Shown piece after piece: positions 49,185-59,817 of a stretch of DNA of 62,288 nucleotides (within the stretch, counting starts at the first letter, position 1; each line of letters opens with the position of its first letter). This DNA is from Gemmatimonadales bacterium. GTDB taxonomy: Bacteria; Gemmatimonadota; Gemmatimonadetes; Gemmatimonadales; GWC2-71-9. The position numbers and the translations under genes were made by a program. The stretch spans positions 1 to 62,288 of the forward strand of contig JBBRBZ010000005.1 in the NCBI GenBank assembly GCA_038205305.1. The letters are read 5' to 3'. Under the pieces are notes generated by a model. That model made no database searches, was not told the origin of the DNA, and was given only the letters and a program-made list of their open reading frames with translations.

Positions 49185-49964
49185 ATGGAGCGCCATTTTC
49201 TGCTCATTGTCGAGTTTGACGGCACGGACTTCTGCGGCTGGCAGCGGCAGTCCGAGGGGCGGTCGGTCCAGCTGGTGGTCGAGGAGGCGCTGGCCCGTTT
49301 GGCCGGCTCTCCGCGCCGGGCGACTGCGGCAGGGCGAACCGATGCCGGGGTGCATGCGCTCGGCCTCCCGGTGAGCACCGCCATGCCGCCCAGGTGGACC
49401 GCGGCAGCACTGCTCCGGGCCGCGAACGCCGTGCTGCCGCGCGATGTCGCGGTCCGGGCGGTCCGCGCGGTGACTCCCGAGATGGACGCCAGACGGTCGG
49501 CACTCTCGCGGGAGTACCGGTACGACATCGGACTCGATGGGTCCAGTCGGTCACCGTTTCGAGGCCGAGTGGAATGGAGTTTGGGCCGTTCCCTTGACTT
49601 GGCCGCGATGCAATCAGCCGCAGACCAGTTGCCTGGGGAACACGACTTCCGGGCGTTCATGGTCACGGGCGAGCCGAAACCGCACTACCGCTGCCGCATT
49701 GCCGCGGCCCACTGGATCCCGCTGACCGGGAGCAGGGTGCGTTTCACCGTCTCGGCCGACCGCTTCCTGCATCACATGGTGCGGATGTTGGTCGGGACCT
49801 TGGTGGACATCGGCCTCGACCGCCGAGCGGAGAGCGACATGGCACATTTGCTGACCCTGCCCCACAACGACGAAACAAGTCCACCGGCGCCTGCGGCCGG
49901 CCTGAGCTTTGTTGCCGCCAACTATCCCGATCATCTGTTCCTCACGGAGCACGCAGCATGGTGA
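49185..49964 (+). CDS. truA: tRNA pseudouridine(38-40) synthase
   Basis: FDGTDFCGWQRQ, AGRTDAGVHA, GEHDF, FLHHMVR. Confidence 0.95.
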   Translation: MERHFLLIVEFDGTDFCGWQRQSEGRSVQLVVEEALARLAGSPRRATAAGRTDAGVHALGLPVSTAMPPRWTAAALLRAANAVLPRDVAVRAVRAVTPEMDARRSALSREYRYDIGLDGSSRSPFRGRVEWSLGRSLDLAAMQSAADQLPGEHDFRAFMVTGEPKPHYRCRIAAAHWIPLTGSRVRFTVSADRFLHHMVRMLVGTLVDIGLDRRAESDMAHLLTLPHNDETSPPAPAAGLSFVAANYPDHLFLTEHAAW

Positions 49965-51334
49965 AGCGTGGTTTCTCGCGCATTGTCGTGAGCCTCATCC
50001 TCAGCGCCTGCGGTGCTGGCGCAGACGCCAGCGCGCAGCGTCCGACGACTCCCGCACACCCGTCAGCCACGCGCGCTGTCGATGTCCAGCGTCGCACGGC
50101 ACTGGTCGACGCCAATGAAAGCGTGGCACCGGCGGTGGTCTCGGTCCGGGTGACCCTGCCTCGGCCTCAGCCGACAATGTTCGATCGGTTCTATGGCCAG
50201 AGTTCCGATGCACCCCAGAGTTTCGGCACAGGCTTTTTGCTCCGTCAGGACGGCATCGTCATCACCAATCAACATGTCGTTGCAGACGCGCAGCAGATCA
50301 CTGTCACCCTCGCCGACGGGACGGATCTCTCTGGCAAGCTCCTCGGCGACGACCCACTCACCGACATCGCCGTGATCAAGGTGGCACGCACCGGCCTGCC
50401 AGTCGTGAAAGTTGGTCGCTCGAGCGACTTGATGATCGGCGAGTGGGCCATCGCAATTGGCAATCCCTACACCTACATGCTCGGCAACTCCGAACCGTCG
50501 GTGACTGCGGGCGTCATCAGTGCGACCCACCGCAACATCCTCCCGTCGGGGGAACTGAACGGTGAGTACCTCGATATGATCCAGACCGACGCGGCCATCA
50601 ATCCCGGCAACTCCGGCGGACCACTCGTCAACGCGCTTGGCGAGGTCATTGGCGTCAATTCTTCGATCTTCTCCAACACGGGCGAATCTGTGGGACTGGG
50701 GTTTGCCATCCCGATCGAGCGGGCCGTGCGCGTGGCGGATGAGATCGTGAAGAACGGCAGTGTGCGCCGCGCCTGGGTGGGCCTCGACGTGGCGGGCCCC
50801 AGTACCATGGGCGACTGGAAGCGCACTGGGGGCGTGACCGTGCAGCAGGTTTCACCCAATGGCCCGGCCGCCACGGCCGGCATCCATGCCGGGGACGTCA
50901 TGTTGGAAGCCAACGGCAAGACGCTCCGCAATTATCTCGACTGGCAGGCGGTCGCACTGGATCTCCATGTCGGGGATTCCGTGGTGGTGACCACCCGTGC
51001 TGGCAACGCCACGCAGCTTCACCGTATTCGCACCGGCGAACTTCCTTCGACCAAGGTGAGCGTCGGTGGCATAGAGGTCGTGACGCTGACACCAGCGGTG
51101 CGGGCGCAACTCCACGCCCAGAGTGTGGATGGTGCCGCAATTGCCAAGATTCCTGACGCCCTCTCCCAACAGATCGGCTTGCGGCCGGGCGACGTGGTCG
51201 TCGCGATTGCCGGTGTTCGCATCACGAGCGCGGAAGATTTCCGATCCGTACTTGACGGTCTCCGCAGTGGAGTCGCCTTCCGGTTGGTGGCCGAACGCCA
51301 GGGGTCACGCTTCTCCGTCGACCTGCAGAAATGA
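49958..51334 (+). CDS. HtrA/DegP-family serine protease with PDZ domains
   Basis: TNQHVV, TDIAV, QTDAAINPGNSGGPL, two PDZ-like domains. Confidence 0.92.
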   Translation: MVKRGFSRIVVSLILSACGAGADASAQRPTTPAHPSATRAVDVQRRTALVDANESVAPAVVSVRVTLPRPQPTMFDRFYGQSSDAPQSFGTGFLLRQDGIVITNQHVVADAQQITVTLADGTDLSGKLLGDDPLTDIAVIKVARTGLPVVKVGRSSDLMIGEWAIAIGNPYTYMLGNSEPSVTAGVISATHRNILPSGELNGEYLDMIQTDAAINPGNSGGPLVNALGEVIGVNSSIFSNTGESVGLGFAIPIERAVRVADEIVKNGSVRRAWVGLDVAGPSTMGDWKRTGGVTVQQVSPNGPAATAGIHAGDVMLEANGKTLRNYLDWQAVALDLHVGDSVVVTTRAGNATQLHRIRTGELPSTKVSVGGIEVVTLTPAVRAQLHAQSVDGAAIAKIPDALSQQIGLRPGDVVVAIAGVRITSAEDFRSVLDGLRSGVAFRLVAERQGSRFSVDLQK

Positions 51335-52773
51335 CCATCGACCCCCGGTGGCAATCGCCACTGACCACGCGCTACGCCTCCCCCGCAATGCAACGGATGT
51401 GGGGAGAACCGCATCGCATTGGGCGCTGGCGCCGTGTCTGGCTCGCCCTGGCCGAATCGGAGCGTGAACTGGGCCTCGACATTCCCGACGCGGCGCTCGA
51501 CGCGATGCGCGCCCACCTCGACGATGCCGATCTCGACGCGGCCGCCGCATTCGAACGCCGCTTTCGCCACGACGTCATGGCACACGTGCATACCTTCGGC
51601 GAACAGGCACCTGCGGCACGCGCGCACCTGCACCTCGGCGCGACCAGCGCTTTCGTGACCGACAACGCGGACGTGATGATCCTCCGCGAGTCGCTGGGCC
51701 TGGTACTTGGACGGCTTCTCGCGGTCCTCGACGCACTGCGCGTGGTCGCGACCACACACGCGGCCGTTCCGTGCCTCGCCTACACGCATTTCCAGCCGGC
51801 GCAATTGACCACAGTGGGCAAGCGCGCCACGCTCTGGATGCAGGATCTCGCGCTCGACGTGGAAGCGGTGCTCCATCGGCTGGAGAGTCTCCGCCTGCGC
51901 GGCTGCAAGGGGACCACCGGGACGCAGGCCTCCTTCCTCGAATTGTTCAGCGGCGATCATGCCAAGGTCCGCGAGTTGGAGACGCACATCGCGGAGAAGC
52001 TGGGATTCTCACGCGTCTTCGCCGTCACCGGCCAGACCTATTCCCGCAAGGCAGACGCCCAGCTGCTCGATGTCCTCAGCGGCATCGCCCAATCCGCCGC
52101 CAAGTTCGGCCTCGACATGCGCCTGCTGCAGCACGAGGGTGAACTGCTCGAGCCGTTCGAAGCGGAGCAGATCGGATCGAGCGCGATGGCGTACAAGCGC
52201 AATCCGATGCGCGCCGAACGGATGGGGGCGCTCGCCCGGCACGTGATCTCCTTGCAAGCCAACGGGGCGCATACCGCCGCAGCCCAATGGCTCGAGCGCA
52301 CCCTCGATGACTCGGCCAACCGTCGGCTGACCCTGCCCGAGGCGTTTCTCGCCACCGACGCCATCCTGCTGCTTTGGGCCAACATCGCTTCCGGCATGGA
52401 AGTTCGTCCGATCGCGATAGCCCGGCACGTGGCGGAACAGATGCCCTTCATGGCCACCGAACGCTGGCTGATGCTCGGCGTGCGCGCGGGCGGCGATCGT
52501 CAGGCGCTCCATGAAGTCATCCGGCGCCACTCGCTGGCGACTGCCGACGCGGTGGCTGGTGGCGCACCGAACGACCTGCTGGATCGCCTCAGCGCGGATG
52601 CGGCCTTCGCCCGCACCGACCGCGTGGCCCTCAACGCTGAGCTCGACCCCATGCGCTATACCGGCCGGTCGCGCGAACAGGTCACCGAGTTCCTCGCGGA
52701 GTATCTCGACCCGCTGGTGGAAGCCGCCCGACCGGTTGCCGCACTTGCAGAAGCCGCGGAGCTGGCGGTATGA
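51331..52773 (+). CDS. purB: Adenylosuccinate lyase
   Basis: [35 protein letters not shown]. Confidence 0.95.
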   Translation: MTIDPRWQSPLTTRYASPAMQRMWGEPHRIGRWRRVWLALAESERELGLDIPDAALDAMRAHLDDADLDAAAAFERRFRHDVMAHVHTFGEQAPAARAHLHLGATSAFVTDNADVMILRESLGLVLGRLLAVLDALRVVATTHAAVPCLAYTHFQPAQLTTVGKRATLWMQDLALDVEAVLHRLESLRLRGCKGTTGTQASFLELFSGDHAKVRELETHIAEKLGFSRVFAVTGQTYSRKADAQLLDVLSGIAQSAAKFGLDMRLLQHEGELLEPFEAEQIGSSAMAYKRNPMRAERMGALARHVISLQANGAHTAAAQWLERTLDDSANRRLTLPEAFLATDAILLLWANIASGMEVRPIAIARHVAEQMPFMATERWLMLGVRAGGDRQALHEVIRRHSLATADAVAGGAPNDLLDRLSADAAFARTDRVALNAELDPMRYTGRSREQVTEFLAEYLDPLVEAARPVAALAEAAELAV

Positions 52774-53693
52774 ACGGACCCCTGGTGGCCAGCGCGCTGC
52801 CGCTCCCGTTGCTCCGCAGCGGCAAGGTGCGCGAAGTCTACGCCGTGGAAGCGGACCGACTGCTCATCGTCGCCAGCGATCGCGTCAGTGCCTTCGATGT
52901 GGTGATGGCCGAGGCCGTGCCCGACAAGGGACGCGTGCTCACGCAACTTTCTGCCTTCTGGTTTCGGACGCTCGCCGGAGTGACTCCCTCGCATTTCATC
53001 ACGGCCGAGACCGACGAGATCCTTCGCGCAATTCCCAGCCTCGCACCCTACCGCGAACAATTCGCCGGACGCGCCATGCTGGTGCGGCGGGCGGAGCCGG
53101 TGCTCTTCGAATGCGTGGTACGCGGGTACCTCGCCGGATCGGCGTGGGGGGAATACCGCCGGGCGGGAACCCTGGCAGGAGAGTCGCTGCCGGCGGGGCT
53201 GGTCGAGTCGGCGCGACTCGACCCGCCGATCTTCTCTCCGGCGACCAAGGCCGAGAGTGGTCACGATGAGAACGTCCCGTACGATCGGATGCGGGTGACA
53301 CTCGGCGCGGCGCTGGCCGCCCGCCTGCGCGATACGTCGATGGCGCTCTATCAGGCCGGACGACAGTACGCCGCGGAGCGCGGGCTCATCATTGCCGATA
53401 CCAAGTTCGAGTTCGGCATCGCGCCCGATGGCTCGCCACTGTTGATCGATGAAGTGCTCACACCGGACTCATCGCGCTTCTGGCCAGCCGACAGCTATCA
53501 GGCCGGCAAGAGTCAACCAAGTTTCGACAAGCAGCCGTTGCGAGACTGGCTCGCCGTGGAGCGCGAGGCCGGTCGCTGGAACGGTGACGCACCGCCCCCG
53601 ACGCTGCCGGAGGCCGTTGTGGAGGCCGCCAGCGCTCGATATCGCGAAGCCTACCGCCGCTTGGTCGGCGCCGACCTGCCTGAGGAGGAGTAA
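52770..53693 (+). CDS. purC: SAICAR synthetase
   Basis: [43 protein letters not shown]. Confidence 0.96.
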   Translation: MNGPLVASALPLPLLRSGKVREVYAVEADRLLIVASDRVSAFDVVMAEAVPDKGRVLTQLSAFWFRTLAGVTPSHFITAETDEILRAIPSLAPYREQFAGRAMLVRRAEPVLFECVVRGYLAGSAWGEYRRAGTLAGESLPAGLVESARLDPPIFSPATKAESGHDENVPYDRMRVTLGAALAARLRDTSMALYQAGRQYAAERGLIIADTKFEFGIAPDGSPLLIDEVLTPDSSRFWPADSYQAGKSQPSFDKQPLRDWLAVEREAGRWNGDAPPPTLPEAVVEAASARYREAYRRLVGADLPEEE

Positions 53694-54319
53694 TGCGCAT
53701 CGCGAAGGAAGGCTGGCCCTTCATCGCCATAGGATGGGTGATCCAACTGCTGCTGTTCATGTTCGTGCCCTGGTATTTCGCGGTGATCTGGCTGCCGGTC
53801 GCCATCTGGGTGGTGGCCTTCTTCCGTGATCCCGTGCGCGAGGGCCCCCGCGGTGACCAACTGATCATTGCGCCGGCCGACGGGGAGGTGGTGAGCATCA
53901 TCCCGATGCACGAACCGCGCGTGGTGAATGGACAGGCGATGCGGATTTCGATCTTCATGAATGTCTTCAGCGTGCACGTGAACCGCTACCCCACCAGCGG
54001 CACCGTGACGCTGTCCCAGCACGAGAGCGGCAAGTTCTTCCATGCTGCCGACGAGAAGGCCGCCACCCAGAACGAGCATGCCGATGTCGGGGTGGTGTCG
54101 TCGGCTGGCACCCTGCTCATCCGACAGATCGCCGGCAGCATCGCCCGACGGATCGTGACCGACCACACCAAGGGTGCCGTGGTGGTCCAGGGGGAGCGGA
54201 TGGGATTGATTCGCTTCGGCTCCCGCGTGGACGTCTTCGTCCCGACGGGCACCCGGATTCTGGCCAAGGAAGGAGACGTGACGCGCGCCGGCGTCACGGT
54301 CATCGCCGAATGGACTTGA
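53693..54319 (+). CDS. psd: Phosphatidylserine decarboxylase proenzyme
   Basis: FFRDP, APADG, HVNR, RFGSRVD cleavage motif. Confidence 0.92.
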   Translation: MRIAKEGWPFIAIGWVIQLLLFMFVPWYFAVIWLPVAIWVVAFFRDPVREGPRGDQLIIAPADGEVVSIIPMHEPRVVNGQAMRISIFMNVFSVHVNRYPTSGTVTLSQHESGKFFHAADEKAATQNEHADVGVVSSAGTLLIRQIAGSIARRIVTDHTKGAVVVQGERMGLIRFGSRVDVFVPTGTRILAKEGDVTRAGVTVIAEWT

Positions 54320-55188
54320 CCCCCGTGCCGATGAATCCGCGCAAAGGCATGCGCCGTGTTGTCGTGGTGATTCCCAGCGCGTTTACCCTGGGCAATCTCT
54401 TCTTCGGATTCTGGGCGATCGTCTCCGCCTACCGTGGGAACTACATGTGGGCGGCCTGGTTCATCATGTTCGCCGGCGTCCTCGACGGGCTCGATGGTCG
54501 CGTGGCCCGTGCCTCCAACACGGGGTCCCGCTTCGGTGCGGAGTTGGACTCGCTGGTTGACGTCAGCTCCTTCGGCATGGCTCCCGCGCTGATCGTCTAC
54601 TTTCTCGAACTGGCCAGCGTCGGGCGCTTTGCGTGGGTCATCTGCTTTGTCTACGTGATGGCCGCGGCCGTGCGACTGGCCCGCTTCAATGTCGTCGCCG
54701 CCCAGGGCGGCCGTCACAGCAACTGGTTCACCGGCCTGCCATCACCCGCCGCGGGGATGACCCTCGCCGTCTATTTCCCGTTTTCGCAGACGGCCTGGTT
54801 TCACAACACACTCGCGCCGCTGAACATCGAGCACCAGGGGCTGGTCTTCCTGATCGTGCTGCTGTCGGTGCTGATGGTGAGCAACGTGAAGTATCCGCGC
54901 TTCCCTGCCGCCGGCTTCCGCAATGCCTCACAGCTGGTTGGGCTCGTCCTGTACCTGACGATCCTCGCTGGCGGGATCTTCATTCCGCAGTACTTCCTCT
55001 TCCCGGTTGGGTTGACCTACATCGCCTACGGCCTGATGCGCGCGGTGATCCTCAACCTCACCGATCGCACGGACGACCATGACGACCATGATGACCGTAC
55101 TGACGACGGAGACTCCGCGCCCATGACGCTCGTGCCCCAGCCCTACCGAGGTCGCCGCAGCGATCGCCGCAGCGGGAGCCCCGAATGA
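54310..55188 (+). CDS. pssA: CDP-diacylglycerol--serine O-phosphatidyltransferase
   Basis: DGLDGRVAR...G.ELDSLVD, RLARFN, GLPSPAA. Confidence 0.92.
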   Translation: MDLTPVPMNPRKGMRRVVVVIPSAFTLGNLFFGFWAIVSAYRGNYMWAAWFIMFAGVLDGLDGRVARASNTGSRFGAELDSLVDVSSFGMAPALIVYFLELASVGRFAWVICFVYVMAAAVRLARFNVVAAQGGRHSNWFTGLPSPAAGMTLAVYFPFSQTAWFHNTLAPLNIEHQGLVFLIVLLSVLMVSNVKYPRFPAAGFRNASQLVGLVLYLTILAGGIFIPQYFLFPVGLTYIAYGLMRAVILNLTDRTDDHDDHDDRTDDGDSAPMTLVPQPYRGRRSDRRSGSPE

Positions 55189-55433
55189 CCCATCGCGTGC
55201 ACGTGCGCATCATTCCCCGTCCCGGGCTGCTCGACCCCCAGGGTCAGGCCGTCGAACATGCCCTCGGGTCCCTCGGGTTCGTCGGAGTCGGTTCCGTTCG
55301 CGTCGGCAAGGCGATCGAGCTTCAGGTGGGCGCGGCATCCGCTGAGGCTGCCGAGGCTGCGGTGCGTCAGATGTGCGAGAAGCTGTTGGCGAATCCGGTC
55401 ACCGAAGACTTCGAGATCGAGGTCGAGGCCTGA
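55185..55433 (+). CDS. purS: FGAM synthase subunit PurS
   Basis: LDPQGQAV, VRVGK, MCEKLLANPV. Confidence 0.94.
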   Translation: MTHRVHVRIIPRPGLLDPQGQAVEHALGSLGFVGVGSVRVGKAIELQVGAASAEAAEAAVRQMCEKLLANPVTEDFEIEVEA

Positions 55434-56134
55434 TGGCGCACGTTGCAGTCGTCCGCTTCCCCGGCAGCAATTGTGAGACGGAGACGCTCGCTGCCGTGGT
55501 TCGCGCTGGCGGGACCGCCGAACTGGTGGACTATCGCGCGACCTCGCTCGGGACAGCCGAGGTGGTCATCCTCCCAGGCGGCTTCTCCTACGGCGACTAC
55601 CTCCGCTCCGGGGCGATCGCACGCTTTGCGCCGGTCATGGCGGCGGTGCAGGCGCACGCTGCTGGCGGCGGCCACGTTATCGGCATCTGCAACGGCTTCC
55701 AGATCCTCTGCGAGGCACAGCTGCTGCCGGGCGCGCTGCTGCAGAATGCCCAACGGCACTTCACCTCACGCCCCGTCGACGTTCGCATTGAGCGGAACAC
55801 CACCTGTTGCACGGCGGACTATGCGCGGAACGAGGTGATCCGGATTCCGATTGCGCACGGCGAGGGACGCTACGTCGCCGACGCACCGACGCTGGCCCTG
55901 CTCGAGGGTGAGGGACGCGTCGTCCTTCGCTACGTGACCGTGCCCGGCACCGACATGCCCGCGAATCCCAACGGATCGCTGAACGACATCGCCGGCATCT
56001 GCAACGCCACCGGAACCGTCGTGGGCTTCATGCCACACCCCGAGCGCCTGGCCGACACCACCCTCGGCTCCGACGCGGGGCATCGCTTCTTCACATCGAT
56101 CGTTTCATCGCTCGCCAGCGGGGTTGGCACGTGA
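55433..56134 (+). CDS. purQ: FGAM synthase glutaminase subunit PurQ
   Basis: [29 protein letters not shown]. Confidence 0.95.
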   Translation: MAHVAVVRFPGSNCETETLAAVVRAGGTAELVDYRATSLGTAEVVILPGGFSYGDYLRSGAIARFAPVMAAVQAHAAGGGHVIGICNGFQILCEAQLLPGALLQNAQRHFTSRPVDVRIERNTTCCTADYARNEVIRIPIAHGEGRYVADAPTLALLEGEGRVVLRYVTVPGTDMPANPNGSLNDIAGICNATGTVVGFMPHPERLADTTLGSDAGHRFFTSIVSSLASGVGT

Positions 56135-58419
56135 CGACTTCCACGATGGCCGAGCCGTTTCCCGGCGAGCGTCCGGTGACCGAGGCCGTGGTCCGGGAAC
56201 ACAAGATTAACGCGGGCGAGTACGTTGCCATTCTCGAGCTCCTCGGCCGCGAGCCGACCCTGACCGAGCTCGGCATCTTCTCCGCCCTCTGGTCGGAGCA
56301 CTGCTCCTACAAGCACACGAAGCACATCCTGCGCAAGTTCCCCGTTGACGGGCCGCAGGTCGTGCAGGGCCCCGGCGAGAATGCCGGCGTGCTGCGACTC
56401 CCCGACGGCTGGGCCGTGGCATTCAAGATCGAATCGCACAACCACCCCACGGCGGTCGAACCGTATCAGGGCGCCTCGACGGGCGTGGGCGGCATCCTCC
56501 GCGATGTCTTCACCATGGGCGCCCGCCCGGTAGCCGTTCTGAACTCGCTCCGATTTGGTCCTCTGGACGAGCCGCGCAATCGCTTCCTCTTTGCCGGGGC
56601 GGTCAAGGGTGTCGGTGACTATGGCAACTGCATCGGTGTGCCGACGCTGGGCGGCGAGGTTTCCTTCGCCCCGTGCTACAGCGGCAACCCGCTCGTCAAC
56701 GCGATGGCGGTAGGGATCCTCCGCGAAGCAGACCTGATTGGTGCCAGTGCCGAGGGTGTCGGCAACATTCTGCTGACGGTCGGCGCCAAGACGGGCCGCG
56801 ATGGAATTCACGGTGCTTCCTTCGCGTCGGAAGACCTGACGGCCGAGAGCGAGAAGCGTCGCCCTCAGGTGCAGGTGGGCGATCCGTTCACCGAGAAGTT
56901 GCTGCTCGAAGCCTCCCTCGAGCTCATCACTGGCCACTATATCGTGGCGATCCAGGACATGGGCGCGGCGGGTCTGACGTCCTCGTCGGCCGAGATGGCG
57001 GCGCGTGGCGGCGTGGGCGTCGAACTCGACACCAGCAAGGTGCCGACCCGGGAACCGGGCATGACGCCGTACGAGATCATGCTGTCGGAATCGCAGGAGC
57101 GGATGCTGGTGGTGGCCGAGCCCCATCGACTGGAGGAGATTCGCCGCGTCTGCCAGAAGTGGGACCTCGACGCGACACCGGTCGGCAGAGTCACCGACGA
57201 TGGCCTCTTCCGCATCATCCATGACGGACGTACTGTGGCCGCAATTCCCGGACAGGAGCTGGTGGATGGTTGCCCCAGGTACGCCCCACCAGCCGCGGAG
57301 GGCGTCGAGGTGAGGGCGCGCCGCGCAGCCCGGCCGCAAGTGGACGATCTCGACCCGGTCATCGCGCTCGAACGCCTGCTCGACACGCCCACGATCGCCA
57401 GCAAGCGGTGGGTCTTCGAACAGTATGACGGCACCGTGCGCGCAGGCAGCGTCGCCCCTCCGGGCGGTGAAGCCGGCATCCTCCGCGTGGCAGAGTGCCG
57501 TTTCGGCATCGCGATGACGGTGGACTGCAACTCGCGCCACGTGCTGCTGGATCCGTACGAGGGAGGCAAGGGCGTGGTCGCCGAAGCGGCGCGCAACATT
57601 GCCTGCACCGGCGCACGCCCGCTGGGCATCACCGACTGCCTCAACTTCGGCAGCCCCGAGACACCTGCCATCTACTTCCAGTTCGAGGAGGCCTGCCGCG
57701 GCATTTCCGATGCCTGTCGGGCCTTCGGCACCCCGGTGACCGGCGGCAACGTCTCGCTCTACAACCAGAGCCCGATGGGCGCGATCGACCCCACTCCCAC
57801 GGTCGGGATGATCGGCCTGATCGACGACGTGACCAAGGCCGTGCCCAGCCATTTCCAAAACAGTGGTGACGCGATCCTCATGCTGGGGCACCGTACCGGG
57901 CATCTCGGCGGCAGCGCCTACTGGGCCGAGGTGCTCGACACGGTGGCGGGGGCACCACCTGCGGTCGACTTGGCGGCGGAGAAGGCGCTTCAGGACTTCC
58001 TCGTAATGGTTGCCGAGCGGCAACTGCTCCACTCCGCCCATGATCTCTCGGATGGTGGGTTGGCTGTGGCACTGGCCGAATGCTGTATCGGCGGCCCCTG
58101 GGCGACGACAGTCTTCGGCGCCACCGTCGATCTCGCCCGACACGCCGATGGCGTCAGCGACATCGGCTGGCTGTTCGGCGAGGAGGGTGCGTCGGTGATC
58201 GCGTCCTGTGCGCCGGTTCACGTGGCCGAGCTCCAGCGCCTGGGCGCCACGCTGGGGGTGCGTTGCCACTACCTCGGGCTGGTGGGGGAGCAGGAGGGTA
58301 CGGTGGAGGTGCTGCGTGACGAACGGAGTTGGCGCTGGAGCGCCCGGAAGCTGCGCGAGATCTACATGAACGCCATTCCCCGACGGATGTCAGGCGATGT
58401 CACCGAAGGAGTGAATTGA
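56131..58419 (+). CDS. purL: FGAM synthase subunit PurL
   Basis: [36 protein letters not shown]. Confidence 0.96.
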   Translation: MTTSTMAEPFPGERPVTEAVVREHKINAGEYVAILELLGREPTLTELGIFSALWSEHCSYKHTKHILRKFPVDGPQVVQGPGENAGVLRLPDGWAVAFKIESHNHPTAVEPYQGASTGVGGILRDVFTMGARPVAVLNSLRFGPLDEPRNRFLFAGAVKGVGDYGNCIGVPTLGGEVSFAPCYSGNPLVNAMAVGILREADLIGASAEGVGNILLTVGAKTGRDGIHGASFASEDLTAESEKRRPQVQVGDPFTEKLLLEASLELITGHYIVAIQDMGAAGLTSSSAEMAARGGVGVELDTSKVPTREPGMTPYEIMLSESQERMLVVAEPHRLEEIRRVCQKWDLDATPVGRVTDDGLFRIIHDGRTVAAIPGQELVDGCPRYAPPAAEGVEVRARRAARPQVDDLDPVIALERLLDTPTIASKRWVFEQYDGTVRAGSVAPPGGEAGILRVAECRFGIAMTVDCNSRHVLLDPYEGGKGVVAEAARNIACTGARPLGITDCLNFGSPETPAIYFQFEEACRGISDACRAFGTPVTGGNVSLYNQSPMGAIDPTPTVGMIGLIDDVTKAVPSHFQNSGDAILMLGHRTGHLGGSAYWAEVLDTVAGAPPAVDLAAEKALQDFLVMVAERQLLHSAHDLSDGGLAVALAECCIGGPWATTVFGATVDLARHADGVSDIGWLFGEEGASVIASCAPVHVAELQRLGATLGVRCHYLGLVGEQEGTVEVLRDERSWRWSARKLREIYMNAIPRRMSGDVTEGVN

Positions 58420-58422
58420 ACC

Positions 58423-59817
58423 ATGTGCGGAGTCATCGGTGTTTCGAAGGTCCGGGATGCAGCCCGAATTACCTACCTCGGACTCTACGCGCTTCAGCAC
58501 CGAGGCCAGGAGAGCGCGGGCATTGTCGCCGTCGACGCTGCCGGCCACCCGACCATCCACCGCAGCATGGGACTGGTCGCCGATTCCTTCGGCGAGGAGA
58601 TCCTCCGCACGCTGCCCGGTGACACCGCCGTGGGGCACACGCGCTACGCCACCTCGGGGAGCAGCGTGCTCGCCAACGCCGGGCCGTATCTCGTGAATTA
58701 CCATGCAGGGCCATTGTCGGTGGCACACAACGGCAACCTGGTGAATGCTGAAGAGTTGCGGAAAGAATTGGTGGCTCAGGGAGCCATCTTCACGTCCACC
58801 ACTGACACCGAAGTGCTGGTCCATCTCATCGCCCGTTCCCATGCGCCGACCGTCGAGGGGCAGATTCGGGATGCTCTCGAGCGCGCCGATGGCGCCTATT
58901 CCCTGGTCCTGAGCGTGGGCCGGACCATCTACGCGGTCATCGACTCTCGCGGCTTCCGCCCGCTCTTCATGGGGCGGTTGGATGATGGCGTGGTGGTGGC
59001 CTCGGAGACGTGTGCGCTCGACCTCGTGGGAGCCATCAAGGTGCGGGAATTCCAGCCAGGCGAGTTCGTCCGGATCCGGGAGGGCCTGGTCGAGGACCTG
59101 CCACGGCTCACTCCGCGCCGGGTGAGTCGCTGCATCTTCGAGCTGGTCTACTTCTCGCGCCCCGATTCCACGATCTTCGGCGTTCCGGTGGACAAGGTGC
59201 GGCGGGAACTCGGGCGGCAGCTCGCGCGCTTCCATCCGGCGCAGGGAGCCGATGTCGTCTTCTCCGTCCCGGACAGCGCCAACGTCATGGCCCTCGGCTA
59301 CAGCGAGGTGTCAGGGGTGAAGCTCGAAAACGGCTTGATCCGCAACCATTACGTTGGGCGCACCTTCATCAATCCGACCCAAGCGCTACGACACGCCAAG
59401 GTGCGCATCAAGTTCAACCCCGTGCGCAACGTGATCGAGGGCAAATCGGTGGTGGTGGTGGACGACTCGCTCGTGCGCGGCACGACCAGCAAGGGACTCG
59501 TCCAGATGATTCGTTCGGCCGGGGCGCGCGAGGTGCACCTCCGCCTCGGTTCACCGCCGATCACGGGGCCCTGCCTCTACGGCATCGACACGCCAACCCG
59601 GGATGAGCTGATCGCCGCCACCCATTCGATCGAAGAAATCCGCGACTACCTCGGCGTGGACTCGCTTGCCTACTTGACACTCGACGAGATGACCGAGGCG
59701 GCCGGGCATCATGTCCCGTGGTGTGACGCCTGTTTCTCCGGCGACTATCCGACACCGGTGCAACTGACCCTTGGTCAGTGGCGACAATCGAACCAGCCTG
59801 TAGGAGCGTCCTCATGA
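58423..59817 (+). CDS. purF: Amidophosphoribosyltransferase
   Basis: MCGVIG, LQHRGQESAG, GHTRY, VVDDSLVRGTT. Confidence 0.96.
   Translation: MCGVIGVSKVRDAARITYLGLYALQHRGQESAGIVAVDAAGHPTIHRSMGLVADSFGEEILRTLPGDTAVGHTRYATSGSSVLANAGPYLVNYHAGPLSVAHNGNLVNAEELRKELVAQGAIFTSTTDTEVLVHLIARSHAPTVEGQIRDALERADGAYSLVLSVGRTIYAVIDSRGFRPLFMGRLDDGVVVASETCALDLVGAIKVREFQPGEFVRIREGLVEDLPRLTPRRVSRCIFELVYFSRPDSTIFGVPVDKVRRELGRQLARFHPAQGADVVFSVPDSANVMALGYSEVSGVKLENGLIRNHYVGRTFINPTQALRHAKVRIKFNPVRNVIEGKSVVVVDDSLVRGTTSKGLVQMIRSAGAREVHLRLGSPPITGPCLYGIDTPTRDELIAATHSIEEIRDYLGVDSLAYLTLDEMTEAAGHHVPWCDACFSGDYPTPVQLTLGQWRQSNQPVGASS

Noticed and set aside
55070-55110. GACGACCAT tandem-like repeat
   Set aside because: It encodes the low-complexity D/H tail of PssA and is not a DNA repeat element.
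55930-58269. Long antisense ORFs (779 aa here; also 13212-14780, 16429-18147, 39515-41059, 47445-49052, 60291-61799)
   Set aside because: They are shadows of well-conserved genes on the opposite strand, expected from high-GC codon bias, and show no recognisable motifs.
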